Positions 56,075 through 64,000 of a stretch of 64,000 bases of DNA are shown in pieces. Position 1 is the first letter of the stretch, and each line of letters starts with the position of its first letter. Location of the stretch: contig JBBRPR010000010.1 of the NCBI GenBank assembly GCA_038227875.1, positions 1 to 64,000 on the forward strand, written 5' to 3'. Both the position numbers and the translations under genes were made by a program. Origin of the DNA: Planctomycetota bacterium (GTDB lineage: Bacteria; Planctomycetota; SZUA-567; H5-PLA8). A model generated the notes under the pieces. The model worked only from the letters and a program-made list of their open reading frames with translations, ran no database searches and was not told the origin of the DNA.

Positions 56075-56531
56075 CGGTCGATGCCTTTCGCAAAGGTGTA
56101 AACCCGGAAACTCTTGCCCATCTGCAAGAGCTCGCGTTGAACGCAAAGATGTATTCTGTGTCATTGAAAGGAAAATTAGATATAGCGCAATTATATTCCG
56201 CGAATATGTGCCGATATTTTTTCGCTGTATGAATCAAAAAGGCGGGGGGAGACGTTGAAGAAGACGCTTTTCGGCCCATGAAAAACGCCCCCGAGTGGGA
56301 GCGTTTCTCATTGGCCAGGCCTGGTCTTGGGGGCCATCCTGGCGTGCCAGCGTTATGTGCCTTCACTCAAATGCATGCGGCGGACAAAGGCTCGACGCGT
56401 CACGGCTGGCTGGACACGCCTCTTAATCGCCCGCTTAGGGGGAACTCGATCGCAAAAAAGACGCGCGGTGCGAAAGGCTCTTCAGGAAAGAAAAAATAAA
56501 AGTGAAGGCACGTGTGCGTGCGTCGGAAATG

Positions 56532-57032
56532 TCAGCCGTTGAGGTGCGTGCGGGACGTTTCGAAACGACGTTTGGGCATCGGTTTACGAACTTTTTCTGC
56601 AGGTTCGGCGGGTACGGGCGTGGCCGGAGCGCCGTCTTTTTTCACGCGCAACTTTTTCGACGCGACGGTCATCAACGACTGGCCTAAGAGCTTGGAATGA
56701 TGGTCGCTCAAGCCCTTGAGGCTCACGCCGAAAATGAATTCCGTCGGCTGCAGCTGCACCCAGCGGACTTCAGCGGCCGGAACCAGGATGCCATGCATTT
56801 CCGGTGGTTCGGTAATTTCCACGGTAAGCACCCGGCCCGGTTCCAGCGCAGCGCGCCAGCCGTCCACGGCTTCCGATGAGAGTTGCGAAAGACTAATGCG
56901 GCACTGGCAGCCGCCTTCGCTGATGTCGGTGAGTTCGCAGTGAACGCTGCCGGCGCCGAGATGTTTGATCAGTGCCGTTCCGCGGTCGAGCCGAAGTCGA
57001 ACCTTGCCGCGCGGAACAATCTTGGAACCCAT
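56532..57032 (-). CDS. PilZ domain protein
   Basis: N-terminal Arg motif, DISEGG (DxSxxG), AEVRWV, FGV. Confidence 0.75.
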   Translation of the reverse strand: MGSKIVPRGKVRLRLDRGTALIKHLGAGSVHCELTDISEGGCQCRISLSQLSSEAVDGWRAALEPGRVLTVEITEPPEMHGILVPAAEVRWVQLQPTEFIFGVSLKGLSDHHSKLLGQSLMTVASKKLRVKKDGAPATPVPAEPAEKVRKPMPKRRFETSRTHLNG

Positions 57033-57284
57033 GGCTGTTGCCTCCACTTTCTTTATGATCGGCTGAAGGTGGTGTAAAGTCCACGAGAAAGCGCGCTAAA
57101 GCGCGAGGGTCAGTTCGCTCGCCAACAGCTGCGAGCGAACCAACGGGGGTCAGGGGCCAGGGGGCAGAGGTTGGGACAGGCACGGCGAGTAATTTCAGTT
57201 CTGTGCGTGGTGGGTGCGAGTAGGCAGGTGGCAGTGGGCAAGACCGTTGCTTGCGCTTTTACGCAGGGTGTTCACAATTCAGTT

Positions 57285-57319
57285 TTCGACATTCGACATT
57301 CGACATTCGACATTCGACA
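57285..57319. repeat. perfect 7-bp tandem repeat (TTCGACA)x5
   Basis: Directly visible, 13 nt upstream of the IMPase ATG. Confidence 0.9.
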
Positions 57320-57332
57320 TTCCGAGATTCCC

Positions 57333-58136
57333 ATGATTCCCGATCTGCATCAATTGCTTCACATTGCCAAGGACGCGGCAGAGATTGCGGCGGAGGTTCA
57401 TCGCGGGGTGCGGCGGGAGCGGTTGGATGTTCAGACGAAAGGGTCGATCGCCAATCTCGTCACGGAGATCGATCACGAATCGGAACGGAAACTCGTGGCG
57501 TACATCCGCGAGAACCGGCCGGACGACGGCATACTCGGCGAAGAAGGCTCGAGCGTCGCGGGAACGTCAGGCATCCACTGGGTGATCGATCCGCTCGATG
57601 GCACCACGAATTTTGTCCATGGGTATCCGCACTTTGCGGTTTCGATTGGCGTGGAAATCCACGGCAAGCGCGCGCTCGGTGTGGTCTTCGACACGGCCAA
57701 CGATCACCTCTATTCGGGGATTATCGGCGAGGGCGCGTGGCGCGATGGGCTGCCGATTTACGCGAAGACGGAGACGCAGCTCGACCGGGCACTCGTGGCG
57801 ACAGGATTTCAGCCGGACATGGCCGTCCGGCGGATCCAGGCCGCCATTGCGGCGGACTTGCTGCCACAGATCCGCGACATTCGCAGAAGCGGTTCGGCGG
57901 CGTGCGATTTCTGCGCGGTGGCGTCGGGGGTGCTCGACGCCTTTTACGAAAACGGGCTGAGCCACTGGGACATTTCCGGCGGGGCGGCGATCGCCGAAGC
58001 GGCCGGCGCGCGGGTGATTGAGCGGCCCTCACCGGTCGTGACGCGCCCATTGATGCTTTGTGCCAATCCGGGGCTGGCGGAGGCGCTTTTGGCCAGAATC
58101 GACGCGGCTGAAAAGAGTTGCGTGTCCGTGCCTTGA
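57333..58136 (+). CDS. inositol monophosphatase family protein (SuhB-like)
   Basis: NLVTEID, ILGEE, WVIDPLDGTTNF, RRSGSAA, WDISGG. Confidence 0.92.
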   Translation: MIPDLHQLLHIAKDAAEIAAEVHRGVRRERLDVQTKGSIANLVTEIDHESERKLVAYIRENRPDDGILGEEGSSVAGTSGIHWVIDPLDGTTNFVHGYPHFAVSIGVEIHGKRALGVVFDTANDHLYSGIIGEGAWRDGLPIYAKTETQLDRALVATGFQPDMAVRRIQAAIAADLLPQIRDIRRSGSAACDFCAVASGVLDAFYENGLSHWDISGGAAIAEAAGARVIERPSPVVTRPLMLCANPGLAEALLARIDAAEKSCVSVP

Positions 58137-58210
58137 CGCCCGGTGTGAAAACCGCTAAACCCTAACTTGTTTCTAATTCTAAATGCTTTCTTTCGAAAGG
58201 GCGATCGCGC

Positions 58211-59293
58211 ATGTCTCTTTTCCGCCTGATGCTTGCCACGTGTTTCCTGCTGCCTTTGTGCCAGAGTTTGCGTGCCGCGGACCACTTCTTTGGCGAGAAC
58301 CTCATTGAGGTCAAGCTGACGTTGCCCAAGGGCGACACGTACATGCGCGGCGCGACCGACCCCGTCGCCGATCTGGTGGCGGAAATCACGCTGACCAACC
58401 GCACGGCCAAAGAGAATCTCAACCGCGAAACGATCACGATTGAAGATTCGTCGCGCCTGACCAGCGAGGAATTCACCAAGCTGCAGTCGGCCACGCGCGA
58501 AGAGCAGGTCGCGCTGCTGGAAAAGAAGAAGGTCAACAAGGAGATCGAAAACTACTCCGTCAACAAGGACAGCCTGGGCTTCTCGTACGTTGAGCCGGAA
58601 CTGGGACCGCACGATTTTGTCGGCGTGATCATCACCAAGGTTCCGGAAGAAGGCCAGCCCGCGCCGGAAAAGCCGGTTGTCATTCCGCGCGACAACAAGC
58701 CCGACCACGTCAGCGCCACCGACATGGCTCCGACGAAGTACCTCGCCGCGGGCGAAACCACCAAGCCGATCACGCTGCCGGTGGGCAAGTTCTACCTGAT
58801 CCGCGATCCGGGAAAGTACACGATCAAGGTCGTGCTCTACAACATTCTCGACAACGAAAAGCCGTCGAAGTTCGCGGAATCGAACGAAGAAACCTTCCGC
58901 GTGCTGCCCTTCAAGGTTGTGAGTCAGAAGATCGACGAAATCCGCTCCAACTGGACCGACTACGAACGCGGCACGCCGACGTTCAACTACATGATCTACC
59001 AGGTGAAGACCGGCGGCCCCTTCGATGAAGTCTGGTACGTGCAGCGCATCTCCGTTCGCAAGTTCGACACGTGGGAATGGACGCGGCTGTGCACCGTCAA
59101 GGAAGGCACCGTGGCGCAGATCGCGCAGCTGAGCCCGACCAAGGTGAAGATCGTCGCCGCGCAGGCGAAGGGCGATCTCGGCATCTACGAACTCGATTTC
59201 TCGAAGCCCGGCGTGACGGTCAAGGCCGAGTCCAAAGACCTGAAGAACGACACGATCCCGAAGCTTGGCGCCGACGGTACGCTGGCTGAGTAA
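58211..59293 (+). CDS. secreted hypothetical protein (beta-rich)
   Basis: Signal peptide and strongly biased codon usage over 360 aa. Confidence 0.8.
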   Translation: MSLFRLMLATCFLLPLCQSLRAADHFFGENLIEVKLTLPKGDTYMRGATDPVADLVAEITLTNRTAKENLNRETITIEDSSRLTSEEFTKLQSATREEQVALLEKKKVNKEIENYSVNKDSLGFSYVEPELGPHDFVGVIITKVPEEGQPAPEKPVVIPRDNKPDHVSATDMAPTKYLAAGETTKPITLPVGKFYLIRDPGKYTIKVVLYNILDNEKPSKFAESNEETFRVLPFKVVSQKIDEIRSNWTDYERGTPTFNYMIYQVKTGGPFDEVWYVQRISVRKFDTWEWTRLCTVKEGTVAQIAQLSPTKVKIVAAQAKGDLGIYELDFSKPGVTVKAESKDLKNDTIPKLGADGTLAE

Positions 59294-59321
59294 TAAGGTC
59301 GGACTTCGCGGGAAGCAGCGG

Positions 59322-59483
59322 TTGTGTGTCAAGGAGCAAGCGGCCGTATGCTTGCTCCTTGCTCAACGCATTCCATTCCGCGTGCAACTACGCCACTCGG
59401 TTTAGTAATCCAAATCGCTTGCGCGTGAGTCAAAAGCCTAAGGCAAGGAGCAAGCAAACAGCCGCTTGCTCCTTGACACACAA
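59322..59483. repeat. REPIN/MITE-like element with 41-bp inverted arms, each internally palindromic
   Basis: 59322-59362 vs 59443-59483 (2 mismatches). Each arm contains CAAGGAGCAAGC-8nt-GCTTGCTCCTTG. Confidence 0.88.
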
Positions 59484-59504
59484 ACACGCCAAGACTGATT
59501 ACAT

Positions 59505-60317
59505 TTAACCCAATTGGCGATACTGCCGCCGCAACTCCGCGGTAAAGAGCTCCTGCAGGAAGCGCATGCGTTGCAGCTTTTCGGGCGGCTCGACTTCCAT
59601 GCGCTTGGCGAGCGGGTCGCAGAGCGTGGTGAGCAGTTGGTCGCGGACTTCGGGCTTCAGCGAGGGTGAACGCTCAAGGAATTTCTCGACGGCTTCCACA
59701 TCGGTGGGGCGGAGACGCTGCAGCGCGGGCGTTGAGAACTGGAAGAGCGACTCCTCGGTCGGCCGGTTGAGCAGCAGTTCGCGCAGCGGGCTCATCTTGG
59801 AGACTTCGTCCTTGACCACCAGCGTGCCGCCGATCATGTCGCCGAAACGCTGCGCGCGTTTGGAGAAAAACGGGACGAGCCAGATGACGGGAATGTGATC
59901 GATCGCTCGAAATACATTGCGTAGAAAAAGGCTGTTGAGGTCCAGAGAAAAGCCATTCGCCTTGACCACACGGATTCCAAATATGCGTTTGCCGATCGTT
60001 TGACCGCGCATCACTAATTCACTCAGGCCATAATACAAGAGCGAAGCAAAACTGAAAATGAGCACGAACATACCCCAGACATAGGCTGGAAATTCTGTCT
60101 CCTTGCCCGCTGCCGCCTTTCCAGTTGCCTTCGCAAACTCATCGGCAAGTTGCTCGCCAATTGACGTTACTACCGCGAGCGCTACAAATAATAAAAGTAG
60201 CAGCAGAAGCATAATCAGGAAGTCGATGACCCACGCGACAAAGCGGCTGCCCAATCCCGCGAGGTCGTAACCGACCTGCACGTTTTCCGGTGTTTCGAAT
60301 TCGATCCGTTCGGCCAT
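59505..60317 (-). CDS. RDD family protein
   Basis: ETPENV..LAGLGSRFVAWVID, GQTIGKR, LRN..RAID, QRFGD..GTLVV. Confidence 0.92.
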   Translation of the reverse strand: MAERIEFETPENVQVGYDLAGLGSRFVAWVIDFLIMLLLLLLLFVALAVVTSIGEQLADEFAKATGKAAAGKETEFPAYVWGMFVLIFSFASLLYYGLSELVMRGQTIGKRIFGIRVVKANGFSLDLNSLFLRNVFRAIDHIPVIWLVPFFSKRAQRFGDMIGGTLVVKDEVSKMSPLRELLLNRPTEESLFQFSTPALQRLRPTDVEAVEKFLERSPSLKPEVRDQLLTTLCDPLAKRMEVEPPEKLQRMRFLQELFTAELRRQYRQLG

Positions 60318-60327
60318 GGAAAGAAGT

Positions 60328-61311
60328 ATGTCGAACTACATTCAAAAGCACAAGCCGGAATGGGACGAACTCGAGCGCCTGGTGGCCCGCGCGCGGAAGT
60401 CGCTCAATCAGATGAATTTCGACGAAATCGAGCGGCTCGACGCGCTCTACCGCCGTGCCACGATCCATCTGGCGCAGGTCTCCACGCGCACGCGCGACGC
60501 GGCGTTGATCCGTTATCTCAATGATCTCACGGCCGCTGCGCACGCCATCATTTACGTTGCGCCGCCGCCCCAACCCGTTCGAAATGCCATGACGTTTGTA
60601 ACCGACGGCTTCGCGCGCGCGGTGGCGAGGACGTGGAAATTCCATGCCGCATCGGTTCTGCTGATGGTGGCCGGCGCCTTCGTCGCGTACACGGCCGTGC
60701 AGAACGATCCGGCGGCGGCCTACGCGCTGCTGCCCAACGGCGAGGTGCGGCTGCCGGGCTCGACGAGGGAACAGCTATTGTCGGCGATGCGGGCGGGCCG
60801 CGACCAGGAGGGCGGATCGAAATTTTTCTTCGCGTCGTTTCTCTTCAGTAACAATCTCAACGTGGGCTTCCTGACGCTGGCGCTGGGGGTGTTGGCGGCG
60901 ATACCGAGTATCTATCTGATCACATTCAACGGAATGATTCTCGGCGCGTTTACGGCGGTGCATCACAACGCGGGGATTTACAGCGAGTACTGGGCATGGA
61001 TCCTGCCGCACGGTGTGACCGAACTTTCCGCGATCGCGCTGGCCGGTGGCGGCGGGTTGCTGCTCGGCCGCGCGGTGGTCTGTCCGGGCATGCTGACGCG
61101 CACGGAGAGCCTCTACCGCGCGGGCCTGGAAGCGGTGCGAATCTGTTTTGGCATCGGCATCATGCTGCTCTTCGCCGGCGCGATCGAAAGTTTTTTGCGG
61201 CAGAGCCATCTGCCACTGGCCTCGCGCTTCGTCTTCGCGGCGGGGACGGCGGTGTTCTGGGGCTTGTACTTCTGGCGCGGGTTTGTGCTGGAGCGACGAG
61301 CGAAGGTGTGA
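60328..61311 (+). CDS. stage II sporulation protein M (SpoIIM/DUF95) family membrane protein
   Basis: W.ELE.L, LYR...HLA, YLNDL, FSNN, NGMILG, ILPHGVTEL, AGAIESF. Alternative start at 60316. Confidence 0.9.
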   Translation: MSNYIQKHKPEWDELERLVARARKSLNQMNFDEIERLDALYRRATIHLAQVSTRTRDAALIRYLNDLTAAAHAIIYVAPPPQPVRNAMTFVTDGFARAVARTWKFHAASVLLMVAGAFVAYTAVQNDPAAAYALLPNGEVRLPGSTREQLLSAMRAGRDQEGGSKFFFASFLFSNNLNVGFLTLALGVLAAIPSIYLITFNGMILGAFTAVHHNAGIYSEYWAWILPHGVTELSAIALAGGGGLLLGRAVVCPGMLTRTESLYRAGLEAVRICFGIGIMLLFAGAIESFLRQSHLPLASRFVFAAGTAVFWGLYFWRGFVLERRAKV

Positions 61312-61352
61312 GTGGAATTGGTTGTTGTTCAATTCATTCACACATGTCGCGT

Positions 61353-62675
61353 TCACAACAAATTACGCTCGCGCAGGTCGATGTACGAATTGATCAGCGG
61401 GATCGTGAGCTTCTGCGGTTCGACGTCGAGAATGTGGACGCCGCCGCGCGAAAGTGAATGGAGCGAGCGCTCGCGTTCGCGCATCAAGCGGACGCTCACG
61501 GCCTTCTGAGCGACGTGGCCAACCGAAGTCACCGGCGCGCGCAGAATTTCGTTGAGCAGCGGGGTGCGCAGCGCGGCGAAGACGACCAGATGGCGCTTGG
61601 CCAGCGAGGCCAGCGCGGCGCGGAAAAGTTCCGACGTGCCGGGATCGGCGAGATCGGAGAGCACGATCACCAGCGCGCGCTTGGTCTGGCGCGACTGGAG
61701 CGTCGCAAACATCGCGGAGAAATTCGATTCCCGCCAGCGCGATTGGGCGTTGTAGAGCGACTCCAGAAACGTGCGGTGCGCGGCGGCGCCCATCACCGGC
61801 GGCAGGTAGCCGATGACCTTGTCGTCGAAGAGGCCCAGCCCGCAGCGGTCGCCTTTTTCAAGCGCGACGCGGCTGAGCAGCACGGCGGCGTCGACGGCAC
61901 GGTCGAGTTTGGATCCGTCGCCGGCGGCTCCGGCCATCAGGCGTCCGCAGTCGAGGAGAATCACGACGTCGCGGTGCTGTTCGATCTGAAAACGGCGCAC
62001 GACTAGGCGGCGCTGCCGAGCGGTGGAGCGCCAATCGATGTGGCGCGGATCGTCGCCCTGTCGGAAGTCGGAGAGCGATTCGAAATCCATGCCGTCGCCC
62101 TTCTGTCGCGAGCGGGTGACTTCGCCGAGCATGCGCATTTCCGCGGCCTCATTGGCGGTCAGGCTCTGGTTGACGATGGCGTTGTCCGGCAGCACTTTGA
62201 TTTCCGTTTTGCACTCCAGACTACGCTGCATTTCCAGCAGGCCATAATTTCCGCGCACGCGCAGCCACACCGGCCCGAACGCATGCAGGCCGCGCACGGG
62301 TATTTTAATCGCCTGCTTCAGGATCACTTCTTGATTGGGCGTGGCCTGAAAAGGGATCTGCCAGACGTTGGGTTTCGCGTCGGCCGGAACGAGATCGCGG
62401 AGTTCTCCGGCCACCGGCGTGGCTCCCGCGTACGACAAACGCAACGTGACGTCAAAGCTGCCGTTGCGTCCGATGCAGACGGGGTGACTGCGCTTGATGC
62501 TGAAGTGCGGGATCTCGGCGTGAATCTGGCGGAAGTCGAGCACCGCCAACACGAGCGTTCTCAGCAGCAGGGGCAGGCATAGCCACGCGAGCACAGGCAG
62601 AAGAAACGCGAGTGCCGCGACGGCGGTGAGTACGCCGGCGATGCCTAGCAGTCGCGATCCCGGACGGACGTTCAC
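61353..62675 (-). CDS. DUF58 (vWA-like) protein
   Basis: GMDFESLSDFRQGDDPRHIDWRSTAR, LLDCGRLM, VLSDL. Confidence 0.92.
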   Translation of the reverse strand: MNVRPGSRLLGIAGVLTAVAALAFLLPVLAWLCLPLLLRTLVLAVLDFRQIHAEIPHFSIKRSHPVCIGRNGSFDVTLRLSYAGATPVAGELRDLVPADAKPNVWQIPFQATPNQEVILKQAIKIPVRGLHAFGPVWLRVRGNYGLLEMQRSLECKTEIKVLPDNAIVNQSLTANEAAEMRMLGEVTRSRQKGDGMDFESLSDFRQGDDPRHIDWRSTARQRRLVVRRFQIEQHRDVVILLDCGRLMAGAAGDGSKLDRAVDAAVLLSRVALEKGDRCGLGLFDDKVIGYLPPVMGAAAHRTFLESLYNAQSRWRESNFSAMFATLQSRQTKRALVIVLSDLADPGTSELFRAALASLAKRHLVVFAALRTPLLNEILRAPVTSVGHVAQKAVSVRLMRERERSLHSLSRGGVHILDVEPQKLTIPLINSYIDLRERNLL

Positions 62676-63619
62676 CGGGGAACCTCGACGTTTTCCAGAA
62701 TGCGTCCGAGAATGTCGTCGGCCTTCGTGCCTTCCAGTTCGGCCGAGGCGCTTAAGACCACGCGGTGGCGCATGACGGGTTTGAACGACGACTTGATGTC
62801 ATCGGGCGTCACGAATTCGCGGCCCGCAAAACGCGCGAGGCTCTTGGCCGCCATCAACTGCAGCAACGCGGCACGCGGACTGGCGCCGACCATCAGCGCA
62901 TCGTCCTTGCGCGTGGACTCGACCAGTTTGCGGACGTAGGTGATGACTTCATCGCGCACGAAGGTCTGCCGGATGATGTCGCGCGCTTCGATGATTTCGT
63001 GCGGTTCGACGACGGGCTTCACACCGAGATTGGCGGGAACGGAGACGGCGCCGGTAGCATGATGTTCCTTGAGAATCCGCTCCTCGTCCTGGGCGCTGGG
63101 GTAGTCGACGATCAGCTTGAACATGAAGCGGTCGAGCTGCGCCAGCGGGAGCGGGTACGTGCCTTCCTGTTCGACGGGATTCTGCGTGGCGAAAACGATG
63201 AACGGGGCGGGGAGGGGATTGGTTTCGCCGTCGTTGGTGACGGTCAGTTCCTGCATCGCTTCCAGCAGCGCCGATTGCGTGCGCGCGGAGGCGCGGTTGA
63301 GTTCGTCGGCGAAGAGGAAGTTGGTAAAGACCGGGCCCTTTTTGAAGACAAACGCGTGCTGGTCTTCGCGGTAGATGCTGGTGCCGGTGATGTCGTTGGG
63401 GAGCAGATCGGGCGTCATCTGCACGCGGCGGTAGGTCAGATTCAGCGCGGATGCGAGCGTGCGGACCAGCAGCGTCTTGGCGGTGCCGGGAACGCCTTCG
63501 AGCAGCACGTGTCCACTGCTGAAGAGCGCGGCGAGCGCAAATTCGACGACCTCATCCTGGCCGAAGATGACGCGGCCGATTTCCTGGCGGAGTTTTTCGT
63601 GGATTTCGACTAGAGACAT
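62672..63619 (-). CDS. MoxR family AAA+ ATPase
   Basis: LEGVPGTAKT, QMTPDLLP, DELNRA, ATQNPVEQEGTYPLP, LDRF, GASPR. Confidence 0.95.
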   Translation of the reverse strand: MSLVEIHEKLRQEIGRVIFGQDEVVEFALAALFSSGHVLLEGVPGTAKTLLVRTLASALNLTYRRVQMTPDLLPNDITGTSIYREDQHAFVFKKGPVFTNFLFADELNRASARTQSALLEAMQELTVTNDGETNPLPAPFIVFATQNPVEQEGTYPLPLAQLDRFMFKLIVDYPSAQDEERILKEHHATGAVSVPANLGVKPVVEPHEIIEARDIIRQTFVRDEVITYVRKLVESTRKDDALMVGASPRAALLQLMAAKSLARFAGREFVTPDDIKSSFKPVMRHRVVLSASAELEGTKADDILGRILENVEVPR

Positions 63620-64000
63620 TTGCGAAGTTGCTCCATGGTTTCGACGATGTTGGTTTCCGTGGGGACGCGCACGCCGCTGAGCAGCGCATCAGTATTGGCG
63701 ACAGCCGCGCGAAGCCGTTCGGCGGCGTGTACGTCGCGACGTTCCAGCGCCAGCGCGACCTGGGTGGGGTCTTCGACTTTGGAACGCAGTCCCAGCTTGC
63801 GCGCGACGGCCCAGAGCACGCCGGAGCGGACTTGCCGGATCAACGCCAACTGGGTGTTGCCGCGCTGGAACAATCGCGCCGTCGCATCGACGTACTCGCC
63901 GACGGAGCGCCGTGTCACCGCCGACTGCGGAAGCGGAGGCCCGAGATTGATCGCTTCGCGCCAGGCCCAGAGCGCGACGGCCAGCGAGAGCATCGCCAGC
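63610..64000 (-). CDS. 3' end of a probable DUF4350 membrane protein (truncated by window edge)
   Basis: TM then LGPPL..RRSVGEYVDATARLF, overlapping the MoxR start as in known clusters. Confidence 0.65.
   Translation of the reverse strand, partial: LAMLSLAVALWAWREAINLGPPLPQSAVTRRSVGEYVDATARLFQRGNTQLALIRQVRSGVLWAVARKLGLRSKVEDPTQVALALERRDVHAAERLRAAVANTDALLSGVRVPTETNIVETMEQLRKCL

Noticed and set aside
56075..56150. c-di-GMP-I riboswitch in the leader of the surface protein gene (near a PilZ gene)
   Set aside because: Only a partial resemblance (GCAAGAGTTTCCGGGTTTAC plus two hairpins). The GGCAAAC...GAAA stem is missing. An Rfam/Infernal scan would settle it.

Overview
A GC-rich bacterial window, probably from Planctomycetota or a related PVC lineage. 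That placement is inferred from the gene content: three large Hanks Ser/Thr kinases, a PQQ beta-propeller protein, a prenyltransferase-repeat protein, an ECF/ZAS sigma pair, and a MoxR-DUF58-SpoIIM-RDD cluster. Housekeeping genes include fabG-acpP-fabF, bioB, mrp, miaB, apgM, hisE and a suhB-like IMPase. The window also carries carbohydrate genes (GH9, GH127 with AraC, GH16), two GT-C membrane glycosyltransferases, tandem paralogous porins, two bactofilins and a 1460-aa Gly-rich surface protein. I recognised no rRNA, tRNA, CRISPR array or intact transposase. Most notable observations: (1) many sequence-unrelated 7-bp tandem repeat runs in intergenic DNA, several arranged as inverted arms, plus long REP/REPIN-like hairpins at convergent gene junctions; (2) a two-gene module of an unknown His-motif protein and an AbiEii-like nucleotidyltransferase with an in-frame TGA at its conserved Gly; (3) a PQQ propeller fused to a metal ABC-3 permease; (4) a NikR homologue lacking all four nickel ligands; (5) an FHA-kinase next to a kinase with tandem Thr motifs. 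All calls come from reading motifs by eye, with no database search.
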